Assembly: GCA_000175855.1 (NCBI GenBank) | Contig: ACYB01000022.1 | Location: forward strand, 30,001-62,000 | Direction: 5' to 3' | DNA length: 32,000 nt | Source: Raphidiopsis brookii D9 | Lineage (GTDB): Bacteria; Cyanobacteriota; Cyanobacteriia; Cyanobacteriales; Nostocaceae | In this document: one piece after another, positions 1 to 10,107 of the stretch | Position numbering within the stretch: the first letter of the stretch is position 1 | Layout of the letters: every line of letters starts with the position of its first letter | Made by a program: the position numbers and the translations under genes | Notes under the pieces: generated by a model | Database searches by the model: none | What the model was told of the DNA's origin: nothing | The model's input: the letters and a program-made list of their open reading frames with translations, nothing else

Positions 1-2149
1 GGAGAAATGAATCTCTATCCCAAAATAAATTATATGGAGAATAGCGATTTTCAAACTGTGCTAAATTTTGAGTAATTGTATGCTTAAGAAAGTCTCGGCG
101 CAAGAATATAATGACCCCTATATTTGCTTTTCTAATTTCTGAAATCTTTGTGGGTACATCATCAATTAAAGCCTTTAAAGCTATCCTTTGTTGAGTATGG
201 GTATAAATCTCTGGAAAAATATTTTCCAAACCATCAAAAAGAAATACAATATTTAATTTTCTTTCTTTTAATTCCCGGTCTATTGCCATGAGAGTACTAT
301 GACCAATATCCAAATTAATATCGATTGACTTGGCAATAATCTTACTAATCCAAAATTCTGTCCATTTTAATTCATTCCAGTTTTCTTCTAGGGACTTTTT
401 TAGGGAACTTTTAATTTCATCAGTGTAGTTTGAGTGGCTAAATTCCAACGTACTTTTCAAAGCTGATCGAACTTCGTTCCTGGCTTTGTCAATAATATTT
501 TGAGCATCCCGTTCAACATACTGACTTTGAAGCAAAGGAAATATATAGGTTCTGTTTTTCGGTTCTTCATGATTTTGACTACCATCTACACGACGTAAAA
601 AACTTTCCCAATTCCTAAGACGTGATAGATGTATATAATTAAAAGTCTTTCCCGATCCTTTAGCACCAATACATAAAACATTGGGTAATTTATCCGAGAA
701 GTCACTTGCTAAATTTCGTAAGGGTTCTATAATCAGTAAATTTTCTCCTTTGCCAGTTTCTGCATATCGATATTTTTCACACAAGTCTCTGATTTTTTTC
801 AAATCATCTAACTTCTTATTGAACAAATCTTCAGATAAAACCTCTTGATTATTAGCATTATCAGCAGTGATCAACTTTGTTTCTGCCCATTTTCTGGCAT
901 TCTTCATTAATGTAGTTGCTGATAATCTTGATCGAGCTTCTTCCCAACTATTAACATAGAGTAGTTCTTCTGCAAAGAAAGCCTCAATAATTTCCAACCT
1001 TTTGCTATAAACATCTTCTGTATCTTCCGGTTGAATATAATTTTGGTAAAATTCATCCACGGCATTTTTATAACGGGGTGAATCTATGACTTCCTGCTTC
1101 AACATATTAATCAATAACCATGGATCATAATATTTTTCATGTTGTATATCCGATTGTGATGGTGCTACTTTACCGATTTGTTGTAAAACTAGATTAGTAC
1201 CACGAATAGACTGTTCACTAATGCTGGTAACAATAAACCTTTCAACTCTAGGATCAAAGATTATTGGGCTAGATATCTCACTTAGTCCAGCTCTTAAATC
1301 AATAAATACATAATTTATGTCAAGCTCTTGACCTAAAAGATTGATAGCATTACTGTACCCCCAAGCTCCATGAGCACCCCTAACTAAATGTTCTGGTAAG
1401 ATTGGTTTATCTAACAACTGTTGGTCATTTAAACAAGCAGGCAAAAAGTACACTTTTGATCGGTCTTCATTTATATGACTAGTTAAATTTTTTTTCAATT
1501 CTTTAGCAAATAATGATAGTGTCTGTTCTACGGGTAGGCGAGAATAATGATAAACTTCTAAAAAGTCCAGGAAACAAACTGCTGGATTCTTGACACCATT
1601 CCAATAGGTCAAACCTGGTGCTTCTAAATCAGCATCAATAACCAAGATATTTATTGGTTGATTTAATTGCTTAGATCTCTCCAGTAATGCCAAAAGATAG
1701 GCTACCAGATTTAAGGTTCTACCTACACCACCTTTAAAAGAATAGAAAGCTAATAATTCAGTTTTATTAATTTTTGTTTGAGTATATGGGTCTGGTAGAT
1801 TAATTGCACTCTTTTGAGAAGTCTCTATTTCTGGTAAGTAGGCAATTTCTTCCCAAAAGGGACGGGGCTCAATAGGATTAATCTCTATTTCCTCCGGTCC
1901 AGTAAATTCTACCGGTAACTTATCATCTCCCATATCAAGTTGAATTACCGATTCTTCTTCTAAATACCAATCACCAAACCACTGTTTGACAATACTTTTA
2001 GCTGATTCTTTATCACCAGTAATTCCTATTTCTACAGCGTCAGAAAAGCAGTTAACTCTGACTATACCTTTATTTTTCAGTTCTCTGTCACGTCTAGTTT
2101 CTTGAAGAATTCTTCTTCTCACATCTAACCATGTTAAAAATCTATTCAT
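1..2149 (-). CDS. KGGVGR-motif variant ParA/MinD-like (SIMIBI) ATPase fused to a second C-terminal P-loop NTPase; candidate conflict/defence protein, 3' end truncated by the window
   Basis: Hand translation from CAT at 2147-2149 (MNRFLTWLDVRRRILQETRRDRELKNKG...). The in-frame KGGVGRT motif is at about 1715-1735 (FYSFKGGVGRTLNLVAYLLALLERS), followed by NILVIDADLEAPGL (deviant Walker A', Walker B region). A second Walker A, GAKGSGKT, is in the same frame at about 644-667, then a Walker B-like IVFLFDGLENIFPE. The frame was traced open through position 2. It is absent from the supplied ORF track, probably because it runs off the edge. Confidence 0.8.
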   Translation of the reverse strand, partial: MNRFLTWLDVRRRILQETRRDRELKNKGIVRVNCFSDAVEIGITGDKESAKSIVKQWFGDWYLEEESVIQLDMGDDKLPVEFTGPEEIEINPIEPRPFWEEIAYLPEIETSQKSAINLPDPYTQTKINKTELLAFYSFKGGVGRTLNLVAYLLALLERSKQLNQPINILVIDADLEAPGLTYWNGVKNPAVCFLDFLEVYHYSRLPVEQTLSLFAKELKKNLTSHINEDRSKVYFLPACLNDQQLLDKPILPEHLVRGAHGAWGYSNAINLLGQELDINYVFIDLRAGLSEISSPIIFDPRVERFIVTSISEQSIRGTNLVLQQIGKVAPSQSDIQHEKYYDPWLLINMLKQEVIDSPRYKNAVDEFYQNYIQPEDTEDVYSKRLEIIEAFFAEELLYVNSWEEARSRLSATTLMKNARKWAETKLITADNANNQEVLSEDLFNKKLDDLKKIRDLCEKYRYAETGKGENLLIIEPLRNLASDFSDKLPNVLCIGAKGSGKTFNYIHLSRLRNWESFLRRVDGSQNHEEPKNRTYIFPLLQSQYVERDAQNIIDKARNEVRSALKSTLEFSHSNYTDEIKSSLKKSLEENWNELKWTEFWISKIIAKSIDINLDIGHSTLMAIDRELKERKLNIVFLFDGLENIFPEIYTHTQQRIALKALIDDVPTKISEIRKANIGVIIFLRRDFLKHTITQNLAQFENRYSPYNLFWDRDSFL

Positions 2150-2165
2150 AATTTTACCAATGTTT

Positions 2166-2639
2166 TTAATCTTTTAACTCAGTTTGGATCCATTTTGATA
2201 TTTTCAACAACCTATTTTCAATATCTCCGTCTGTAGCATCTTGAATTCTATCATCTTCTACTATTTTAATTACTTCTGCGCCATATCGCCACACTTGGTT
2301 GATTTGCCCACTATTTATTTTTCGGTCAATTGGATTCCCCTTGGTATCTACTATTTCGCTAATTGATATTTTTGGTAACTTTAATAGTTGACCAGCATGG
2401 ACTCTATCTAATAACTTATTGATGTCATGCTGGCATTCTGTGATATCTTGACACAGATCAGTACGATTTTGCCTTTGCCTTCTCATTAGGACTGCTTTAA
2501 GTCCACATTCAACGGCATAAAACAAGTTTAACCGGTGAGCATTATTATTATTTTTGCATATAGAAGTAGCCGTTTTATAAGCGAAAAAGTGATTACGCCA
2601 AGCCTTTTGCATCTCACGCTGTGTGAAAATTATTGTCAT
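2166..2639 (-). CDS. small HEPN-like helical protein, putative partner of the KGGVGR ATPase
   Basis: 157-aa ORF ending 16 bp before the ATPase start on the same strand. Sequence HRLNLFYAVECGLKAVLMRR...ECQHDINKLLDRV resembles HEPN helices. No clear Rx4-6H catalytic motif. Family call is by eye only. Confidence 0.5.
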   Translation of the reverse strand: MTIIFTQREMQKAWRNHFFAYKTATSICKNNNNAHRLNLFYAVECGLKAVLMRRQRQNRTDLCQDITECQHDINKLLDRVHAGQLLKLPKISISEIVDTKGNPIDRKINSGQINQVWRYGAEVIKIVEDDRIQDATDGDIENRLLKISKWIQTELKD

Positions 2640-2664
2640 TGAGAATTAGGTTAATTAAAACTCC

Positions 2665-2696
2665 AGTTTTGATTCTACCATGGTAGGATCAAAACT
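2665..2696. repeat. 32-bp near-perfect inverted repeat (possible terminator of ftsH or operator of the downstream pair)
   Basis: AGTTTTGATTCTACCA|TGGTAGGATCAAAACT. The two 16-nt arms differ from perfect complementarity at one position. It lies between the ftsH stop and the 157-aa ORF start. Confidence 0.7.
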
Positions 2697-2727
2697 GTAC
2701 CTAGTGAGAGTTTGGGTCCGAGCTAAT

Positions 2728-4665
2728 CTAACCCAAAATAGTTTGTAGCAATGGCTGATCACCATTTAACTTACCACTTCTTAACCACTCATCCATTTCA
2801 TCTGGTTGATTAGATAAGATTAATTTTTCCCGTAAATAACCACCTTCTAAAATCTCCCTTTGTAATAATTCCTGAGCAATTTCCTCCAATAAATCCCTAT
2901 TACACTGCAAAATCCTCAATGCAATATGATGAGCATTATCCACTATCTCCTTTACTTCCCGATCAATTTCTTCAGCAACATGGGGACTAATAGCACGACG
3001 GGGATTACTATAACCTTCTAAAAATTGCTGTTGAATTTTCTCAAAAGCTACTGGTCCAAGTTTATCACTCATACCATACAAAGTCACATATCTTTCCGCC
3101 AAATCTGTGGCTTTTTGAATATCATCAGATGCACCAGTAGAAACCTTGCCAAACACAATTTCTTCCGATGAACGTCCACCCAATAAAGTAGCAATACGAC
3201 CCCGAATTTCATCTTCTACCATCAGAAATCTATCTTCCTCTGGCATTTGAATTGTGTAACCCAATGCTCCCACACCCCGGGGCACAACGGAAATCTTCTC
3301 TACCTTACCCGCTCCTGGCATTAACGCTCCAATAATGGCATGACCAACTTCATGATAAGCAACCGTTTTCTTCTCCAATTCATTTAACACACGGGAGCGT
3401 TTTTCTAACCCAGCAATTAATCTTTCAATAGCCTCGTTAAAATCCGCCATCAGAACAGCTTGACGATTATTTCTCGCTGCTAATAATGCAGCTTCATTAA
3501 CTAGGTTCGCTAAATCCGCACCAGCAAAACCAGGAGTGCGTGTGGCAATAATTTCTAGGTTCACATCTTCTGCTAACTTGACATTTCTAGCGTGAACTTT
3601 CAGAATTGCCTCCCGACCTATTTTATCTGGTCTGTCTACCACAATTTGACGGTCAAACCTCCCGGGACGACGTAATGCAGGGTCTAAAACTTCAGGACGG
3701 TTAGTAGCAGCAATAATTATCACGCCCGTATTGGCGTCAAAACCATCCATTTCCGTCAATAATTGGTTTAGGGTTTGCTCCCTTTCATCATTACCACCTA
3801 CAAAACCACCAGCTCCACCCCGAGATTTGCCTAGAGCATCTAATTCATCAATAAAGACTATACAGGGAGCTTGTTTTTTGGCTTGTTCGAATAAATCTCT
3901 TACCCTAGCAGCACCTACACCAACAAATAATTCAATAAATTCTGACCCAGAAATACTAAAAAATGGTACTCCTGCTTCACCTGCAATGGCTTTTGCCAAT
4001 AAGGTCTTACCTGTTCCCGGTGGTCCCACTAATAATACACCTTTGGGAATTTTTGCCCCTAAGTTTGTGTACTTACTAGCATTTTTTAAAAAGTCAACTA
4101 TTTCCTCTAATTCTGCTTTGGCTTCATCTACACCTGCAACATCGGGAAATTTGACTCCGGTGCTACCTTCCGAATAAATTCGAGCTTTGCTTTTTCCCAC
4201 GGTTAATGCAGCAGGTCCTCCTCCCTGACGACTCATGAGAAAAGCCCAAATACCAAAGAAGATTAAGGGAGGTGCAACCCAACCTAAAACTGTACCAATC
4301 CAGGCATTTTCATCCGGTGGTGGGGCGGCAAATTCTACGTTGTTTTCTCGCAGGATTTTCGGTAGGTCTAAGTCTATAGCCACCGGTGTGGTTCTAAAAA
4401 CCTGCTCGACAATTTTTCCTTCCGGAGTTTGGGTTGTAATCGCATATTCAATCTGGTCTACTCCTACAATTGCTTTATCTACTTTACCAGCTTTTACCTG
4501 ATTAATAAAATCACTGTAAGGTACTTGTTGCAACCTAGGTCCTAAAATGCTAGGAACTATTAAATTTAGTAGTAATAAAATGGTTATTAAAATCAAGAAA
4601 CTTCCGCCAAACTGTCGGAGTTTTGGCTTTTGCATCTGGTTCTTATTGTTAGTTTCTACAGGCAT
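2728..4665 (-). CDS. ftsH: ATP-dependent zinc metalloprotease FtsH
   Basis: N-terminal TM segments, AAA Walker [12 protein letters not shown] region, zinc motif HEVGH, 645 aa. Confidence 0.97.
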   Translation of the reverse strand: MPVETNNKNQMQKPKLRQFGGSFLILITILLLLNLIVPSILGPRLQQVPYSDFINQVKAGKVDKAIVGVDQIEYAITTQTPEGKIVEQVFRTTPVAIDLDLPKILRENNVEFAAPPPDENAWIGTVLGWVAPPLIFFGIWAFLMSRQGGGPAALTVGKSKARIYSEGSTGVKFPDVAGVDEAKAELEEIVDFLKNASKYTNLGAKIPKGVLLVGPPGTGKTLLAKAIAGEAGVPFFSISGSEFIELFVGVGAARVRDLFEQAKKQAPCIVFIDELDALGKSRGGAGGFVGGNDEREQTLNQLLTEMDGFDANTGVIIIAATNRPEVLDPALRRPGRFDRQIVVDRPDKIGREAILKVHARNVKLAEDVNLEIIATRTPGFAGADLANLVNEAALLAARNNRQAVLMADFNEAIERLIAGLEKRSRVLNELEKKTVAYHEVGHAIIGALMPGAGKVEKISVVPRGVGALGYTIQMPEEDRFLMVEDEIRGRIATLLGGRSSEEIVFGKVSTGASDDIQKATDLAERYVTLYGMSDKLGPVAFEKIQQQFLEGYSNPRRAISPHVAEEIDREVKEIVDNAHHIALRILQCNRDLLEEIAQELLQREILEGGYLREKLILSNQPDEMDEWLRSGKLNGDQPLLQTILG

Positions 4666-4747
4666 GATAATTTACCTCAAAATTTTGATAATTGATTACT
4701 TTATGATTGAGCTAACAACTTGATAACTGGGTAAGTCATGAACTTAA

Positions 4748-5415
4748 TTAACTTAATAATAAAGCAAATAGTCCACATAAAGCAATACCGTCAAATACTC
4801 CCGCACCACCAATACTTAAAACTCCCTCACTCATGAATTGAATATCTTTAAGATGCAATAAGTCAGCACCAATAACAGTGCCTAGAATACCTCCCGCAAA
4901 TGCTACGGGGGCTCCTGCATGGGGGGCTATTATCATGGCTGATATAACCGCAGTTAGAGGAGCTAATAATGGATTCATTTGAATTCCAATTCCGGGAACT
5001 ATCCGAGCTGCAAAATAACCAACCACTGATACAATGGTGCTTACCAGGGTGATTGCCAACAGGTTTCCTCGGGAATTTGGTATAACGCTAAAAGTACGGG
5101 TATTAAACCACCTCCTACGTTTAGTGCTATAACTGTAGACCGCTCTAGTCTTCTTAGCGGGATTCCCCAAAATTCCCTTAGCCACAGGGTGGCAAATTCG
5201 TCTACTACTTCTATGGTGTTTTCCAGTCGGTATAAGGGAATATTGATTGTGCTAGTAATTATTATTAGCAAAAAGAGGAAGAAGGCAATTTGGGGAGAAA
5301 AACCTAACTTGGCTACGGCAATTTCCACTATGTCTACTGCTAGAGCAAACCAAATAAAGGGTAAAAGTAACAGTAAGACCAGAAATAACAGTATTGAAAC
5401 TGGTAGATAGATCAT
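4748..5415 (-). pseudogene. DUF1614 family membrane protein split by an apparent one-base frameshift near 5071-5073
   Basis: ORF 5041..5415 (MIYLPVSILLFLV...NVGGGLIPVLLALYQIP) continues in another frame as RGNLLAITLVSTIVSVVGYFAARIVPGIGIQMNPLLAP...GVFDGIALCGLFALLLS (ORF 4748..5185). The join is at a C-run (ATTCCCGAGG on the minus strand). One extra C restores IPRGNLLAITLVS. Confidence 0.75.
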
Positions 5416-5567
5416 ATCTTAATTGTCTCCCTCCTTTTAGTTCCTGCACTTAGTTACCGTAAAACCTACACTCTGCGAATAATCAGTTTCTCTTTCATTA
5501 TAGAGACTAGACACTGGACTCCAAATTCGTATCTACCCAACCCCGAAATGGGTGTCACCGCACTTCT

Positions 5568-5759
5568 ATGAATAATCAACTCTTTTTTCTGGTCAAGCTA
5601 CTTCTGCTTTCAACTTTGATTTCGGGTCTGATTAAATATGTAGGTCCTATATTCTTATTCCCACCTACAGCAGTAAATGCGCTCATGATGGTATTGCTTC
5701 CGACTATATTCATGATATCCTTTCTTGTTTTACCTATGGTCTTAAAAAGACAAAGTTAA
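5568..5759 (+). CDS. small hydrophobic hypothetical protein (63 aa, two predicted TM segments)
   Basis: Intact ORF MNNQLFFLVKLLLLSTLISGLIKYVGPIFLFPPTAVNALMMVLLPTIFMISFLVLPMVLKRQS, immediately upstream of and co-oriented with the AI-2E family gene. Confidence 0.55.
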   Translation: MNNQLFFLVKLLLLSTLISGLIKYVGPIFLFPPTAVNALMMVLLPTIFMISFLVLPMVLKRQS

Positions 5760-5777
5760 AGCTACAGTTCAACAAAT

Positions 5778-6872
5778 TTGGGGAGTGTATCCGTGAAACT
5801 TGGTCAATGGATTGGTTTAATTGCTTTAGTTGTGTCTCTGTACATATTATGGCAACTACGTGAAGTATTACTATTGATATTTGCTGCTGTGGTTTTAGCT
5901 ACCACCTTAAATAGACTGGCTAGAACTTGTCAAAATCTGGGAATTAAACGTGGACTAGCTGTCTTCTTATCCGTAATGTTTTTTTTGGTGGGTATAGTTG
6001 CTTTTTTTTGGGTCATTGTGCCACCCTTTGTTCACCAATTCCAAGAACTGACTTTACGAGTACCACAGGGTTTTGAACGGGTTAATACCTGGATAGATGA
6101 GCAAAGAAGTCATATTCCCCAGGAATTGGAACCTGTTATTCCCGATCTTAATCGTTTGATCGCAGAAGCTCAACCCTTAATTAATCGAGTTTTGGGCAAT
6201 TCTTTTGCTTTTGTTTCCGGTTCTTTAGTACTGGTTCTCAATATTTTATTGGTTTTAGTTTTAACGGCAATGTTCCTAACTAATCCCCCAGCTTATCAAA
6301 AGTTATTTGTTAGACTTTTTCCTTCCTTTTATCGACGACGGGTAGAGGGAATTTTGAATCAGTGTGAGGATTCGCTAGAAAGATGGCTGACAGGAGCTTT
6401 TATTGCTGTTTGTGTAGTGGGATTGATGAGTCTAATTGGTCTGTCAATTTTAGGTGTCAAAGCAGCTTTGGCTTTGGGTGTTTTGGCAGGATTGATGAAT
6501 TTAATTCCCAATTTGGGACCCACTATGAGTGTGGTTCCAGCTATGGCGATCGCTCTTTTAGATTCTCCTTGGAAACCAATTTTTGTCCTAATTCTTTACT
6601 TTTTTATCCAACAGCTTGAAAGTAATTTTATCACTCCTATGGTGATGGCACACCAGGTTTCTCTATTACCAGCTGTTACCCTAATTTCTCAGTTGTTTTT
6701 TGTCACCTTTTTTGGATTTCTAGGCTTATTTCTAGCATTACCCTTGACTGTGGTGGCAAAAATTTGGATTCAGGAAGTATTGATTAAGGACGTATTAGAT
6801 TGCTGGGAACACCATGGTCATGATCAAGTTGACTTAGTAATTATTACTGATGATGATTCTCAAGGGGAGTAG
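5778..6872 (+). CDS. AI-2E family transporter/permease (start may be GTG at 5793)
   Basis: Multi-TM protein with LVLAGLMNLIPNLGPTMS-type and FFVTFFGFLGLFLALPLTVVAKI motifs typical of the AI-2E/UPF0118 family. Confidence 0.85.
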   Translation: MGSVSVKLGQWIGLIALVVSLYILWQLREVLLLIFAAVVLATTLNRLARTCQNLGIKRGLAVFLSVMFFLVGIVAFFWVIVPPFVHQFQELTLRVPQGFERVNTWIDEQRSHIPQELEPVIPDLNRLIAEAQPLINRVLGNSFAFVSGSLVLVLNILLVLVLTAMFLTNPPAYQKLFVRLFPSFYRRRVEGILNQCEDSLERWLTGAFIAVCVVGLMSLIGLSILGVKAALALGVLAGLMNLIPNLGPTMSVVPAMAIALLDSPWKPIFVLILYFFIQQLESNFITPMVMAHQVSLLPAVTLISQLFFVTFFGFLGLFLALPLTVVAKIWIQEVLIKDVLDCWEHHGHDQVDLVIITDDDSQGE

Positions 6873-6883
6873 TCAACTCCCCT
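6865..6883. terminator. bidirectional hairpin between convergent genes
   Basis: GGGGAGT-AGTCA-ACTCCCC, perfect 7-bp stem spanning the end of the AI-2E ORF and next to the end of the PPIase ORF. Confidence 0.55.
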
Positions 6884-6891
6884 CCCTCCTC

Positions 6892-8061
6892 TTATGCTGG
6901 TGGCTCAACTAAATTTTCAATTCCTTGAATAACCTGGGCTGACTCGATTATATCACCTGCTTTTAGCTTATCCAAAATCTCTTTACCTTCAACCAGATAA
7001 CCAAATACAGCGTAGCGTCCATCCAAAAGATTACGCCCTGCTGGGGTTAATTCTGGTTCAAATAAAAAGAAGAAAATTTGGGAAGAACCACCATCTGGAT
7101 CACCCTCAGGACGGGCCATCGCTAATGCTCCAAAGGAAGAAAATGGTAATACTGGCATATCTAAATAACGTCCCGCATCTTCCAAGGTAATACCATAAGT
7201 TGGTTGTTTATCCCCTTCCGCTAAAATCTCTAGGGGAATAGCTCGATATTTGCCCGTTACAGGATCAATAAAACCAACTTCTTTACCTTCTGGATCTCCC
7301 GTTTGTAAAACATAGGACTCTTCAGAACGGGTGAATTTTAATCCGTTATAAAAGCCTCTTTGTACTAGATCTACAAAATTACCAGCTGTCACTGGTGCAC
7401 TGTAACCGTCTACTACTACCGTTAGATCCCCCTTATTTGTTTTTATGGCAATAGTAGCACGACCTTTGAGTTGAGGTAGGTTACTAAATTCAGCAGGAAC
7501 TTCAAAGGGAAACCCCTGAACCATGGATTCTTCTAATAAACTCACAAGATTGAGTAACTTGGCTCTCCCTTCCAAAATGGGGGTTTTTTGTCTAGTTTTC
7601 ACTACTTCTTGCAGTTCTCCTATGCCAGATTTTAACTCCCCAATCCAAGATTCAGCTTGGGGTTGGCGTTCTGGGGGAATGCTGGTTAAGATTTGGGAGG
7701 GTCTGTCAAGAATTCGCGATGCTTGACTCAGATCCCTGGAAATCGCACCCCATCGCTTATTAGCACGTAGTTGGTTAGAAATATCCTCTAAACTGGCTTG
7801 CAGTTTGCGTACTGGTTGATTTTCTATGGGAAGTGCATATCTCAACAAAGCCCTACCATCTGTAATAGCATTCCCAGACGGTAAAGCTGCGTAAGAAGTC
7901 CACCCAGTGGTGCTGATTCCTAAAAATATCATTCCCAGCAGCATGACTTTTAGGCTATATATTAGCCCAGACCTGATAAACTTAAACATGGAGTTTCTCA
8001 AATGCAGGAAGTAACCAACTATCCATCTTCCCATATTGCGTGTCTCTTCCTGTGTCTTCAC
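6892..8061 (-). CDS. cyclophilin-type peptidyl-prolyl cis-trans isomerase, TLP40/CYP38-like; start more likely at 8037 or 7989
   Basis: N-terminal signal-like segment, helical domain, then cyclophilin-like domain ([40 protein letters not shown]...[12 protein letters not shown]). Confidence 0.88.
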   Translation of the reverse strand: MKTQEETRNMGRWIVGYFLHLRNSMFKFIRSGLIYSLKVMLLGMIFLGISTTGWTSYAALPSGNAITDGRALLRYALPIENQPVRKLQASLEDISNQLRANKRWGAISRDLSQASRILDRPSQILTSIPPERQPQAESWIGELKSGIGELQEVVKTRQKTPILEGRAKLLNLVSLLEESMVQGFPFEVPAEFSNLPQLKGRATIAIKTNKGDLTVVVDGYSAPVTAGNFVDLVQRGFYNGLKFTRSEESYVLQTGDPEGKEVGFIDPVTGKYRAIPLEILAEGDKQPTYGITLEDAGRYLDMPVLPFSSFGALAMARPEGDPDGGSSQIFFFLFEPELTPAGRNLLDGRYAVFGYLVEGKEILDKLKAGDIIESAQVIQGIENLVEPPA

Positions 8062-8138
8062 CCCATCCTTGTTTATTCACCAGGTCCCAATTTACGGTTA
8101 CAATAAATCCCGATTGTCTTCTAATATTTGTAAGTTTC

Positions 8139-8720
8139 ATGATCTCCAGTAATGATTTTCGACCCGGCGTTTCTATCGTGTTAGACCAGTCCGTTTGGCG
8201 AGTAGTTGAGTTTCTTCACGTTAAACCCGGTAAGGGTTCCGCTTTTGTCAGAACTAAATTAAAAAATGTCCAAAATGGTAACGTGGTGGAAAAAACTTTC
8301 CGCGCTGGGGAAACCGTACCTCAAGCAAGTTTAGAGAAAATTACCATGCAACATACTTATAAAGAAGGTAATGAACTTGTCTTTATGGATATGGAAACAT
8401 ACGAGGAAGATAGATTAAATGCCACCCAAATTGGTGATGGTGTTAAGTACCTAAAAGAAGGTATGGAGGTTAATGTCACCTTTTGGATGAAACAGGAGGA
8501 AAAACAGGTTCTAAAACAAGTTCTAGAAGTTGAACTCCCTAATTCTGTGGTTCTGGAGGTGGTGGAAACTGACCCAGGTGTCAAAGGTGATACTGCTACT
8601 GGGGGCACTAAGCCAGCAACATTGGAAACTGGTGCAATTGTCATGGTTCCTTTGTTTATTTCTAAAGGTGAACGGATCAAGATAGACACCAGAGAAGATA
8701 AGTACTTAGGGCGAGAATAG
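8139..8720 (+). CDS. efp: elongation factor P
   Basis: [47 protein letters not shown]... Start at ATG 8139 preferred over the track start at 8040. Confidence 0.96.
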   Translation: MISSNDFRPGVSIVLDQSVWRVVEFLHVKPGKGSAFVRTKLKNVQNGNVVEKTFRAGETVPQASLEKITMQHTYKEGNELVFMDMETYEEDRLNATQIGDGVKYLKEGMEVNVTFWMKQEEKQVLKQVLEVELPNSVVLEVVETDPGVKGDTATGGTKPATLETGAIVMVPLFISKGERIKIDTREDKYLGRE

Positions 8721-8812
8721 TTCTTGTTGGTGAATATTACCTCCTAAAATGGGCAAGATTAACAAAAGATGAGAAAAAAGAAATTTACGGTTAGGTCGAG
8801 GTAAAAAATACT

Positions 8813-9301
8813 GTGCCATTAGATTTTAATGAAATCCGCCAATTGTTAGCTACTATTGCACAAACTGATATTACTGAGGTGTCACTCAAAAGCAATGATT
8901 TTGAGCTGAGAGTCTCTAAAGGGGGAAATAATTTCCCTGGGTCAGCACCGGTTGTACCAACGGTGACTCAAACCGCACCAGTTCAGCTACCAGAGTCAGC
9001 TAGTCACCGAGATAGTTCTACCGGGGGACAGTCACCCCTAGCTAATGCAGCTGCTTCTAAATTTATGGACGTTCAGTCTCCTATGGTGGGAACTTTTTAT
9101 CGCGCTCCTGCTCCCGGTGAAGCACCTTTTGTGGAGGTAGGAGACCGAGTTCGGGTAGGTCAGTCCGTCTGCATTATTGAGGCCATGAAATTAATGAATG
9201 AAATTGAAGCTGAGGTCTCTGGACAGGTGATGGAAATTCTGGTGCAAAATGGTCAACCCGTAGAATACGGCCAACCTTTAATGCGAATTAACCCTGATTA
9301 G
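8813..9301 (+). CDS. accB: acetyl-CoA carboxylase biotin carboxyl carrier protein
   Basis: Biotinylation motif [12 protein letters not shown]; [14 protein letters not shown]; GTG start. Confidence 0.96.
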   Translation: MPLDFNEIRQLLATIAQTDITEVSLKSNDFELRVSKGGNNFPGSAPVVPTVTQTAPVQLPESASHRDSSTGGQSPLANAAASKFMDVQSPMVGTFYRAPAPGEAPFVEVGDRVRVGQSVCIIEAMKLMNEIEAEVSGQVMEILVQNGQPVEYGQPLMRINPD

Positions 9302-9326
9302 TCGGATTTGTCTAATTCGGTAAAGT

Positions 9327-9349
9327 TTCACCACCTTTTGTTTGGTGAA
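9327..9349. terminator. hairpin between convergent accB and GerMN genes
   Basis: TTCACCA-9 nt-TGGTGAA inverted repeat in the 54-bp convergent gap. Confidence 0.4.
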
Positions 9350-9355
9350 TACCCG

Positions 9356-9967
9356 CTAAAGAGGATAGTTTTCCTGGAAGGTTTTACGGGTTAGTGGTTG
9401 TTCTATTTCTACTCCTTCACCACCCAATACTTCTAAGGGTTTACCGTTAATTTCTAGGTACACTTTAGCATTGGGATCTAGGGTTGTAGCAGTGTAGACA
9501 ACCTGACCCACCCGACCTACCATGGAAGCGCTACCACCTCCACCAGTAAAATTTTCTGAGAGGTTTACATGAATTTCATTGTTCTCTATTTTCAGACTCA
9601 GCAATTTTGTCCCCGGGGGAATAGTTGTTGAGTCTTTGGTTTCTTTTGGACCCTCTAATAATGTGTTCAAAGCACTTTCTAATGCTTGACCTGGTTGGTC
9701 ACTGGCAATTTTTACCGGTTGAGCAACTAACTGAAAACTTTTTGCTGTTGGTTTTAGCCAATATATATTAGCCGTTTGTTCTTGACCTGTTTGGCTTGTT
9801 AATGGCTGTTGTTTTTCTATACTTTGGTTGGGGTTACCTTGTATGGGAGCATTGGGTGTTTGAGAACTCAACCACGCAACACCACCGCTCACTGCTACTA
9901 CTGTAGCTGAAACAGCAGCTATTACTCCTGAAGAAATATTACGATTTGTTCTTGTTTGGTCGTTCAT
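9356..9967 (-). CDS. GerMN (sporulation/spore germination-like) domain protein, membrane anchored
   Basis: N-terminal TM segment plus IYWLKPTAKSFQLVAQPVK...ALNTLLEGP...IPPGTKLLSLKIENNEIHVNLSENF. Confidence 0.8.
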   Translation of the reverse strand: MNDQTRTNRNISSGVIAAVSATVVAVSGGVAWLSSQTPNAPIQGNPNQSIEKQQPLTSQTGQEQTANIYWLKPTAKSFQLVAQPVKIASDQPGQALESALNTLLEGPKETKDSTTIPPGTKLLSLKIENNEIHVNLSENFTGGGGSASMVGRVGQVVYTATTLDPNAKVYLEINGKPLEVLGGEGVEIEQPLTRKTFQENYPL

Positions 9968-10107
9968 ATATAAAACCTGCTTGACATAAAACTCAAATGG
10001 TTTATCACCAGACTCATCTCTAATTTTAGGTTGATATTTTTCATCTGCAACATGTGATCTGCTAATCTTAAATTCCTGTTTTCCTAGAATTTTTCTAATT
10101 CGCGTTA

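Noticed and set aside
3731-4501. Plus-strand ORFs (148 aa, 88 aa) inside ftsH
   Set aside because: Fully antisense to the well-supported FtsH coding sequence; composition is a mirror of the real gene with no recognisable domain.
5189-5449. ORFs 5189..5410 (+) and 5252..5449 (-)
   Set aside because: They overlap the DUF1614 coding sequence in other frames and have low-complexity translations.
8040-8138. 33-aa extension of the efp track ORF
   Set aside because: EF-P begins at [10 protein letters not shown]; the extension overlaps the divergent PPIase 5' end.
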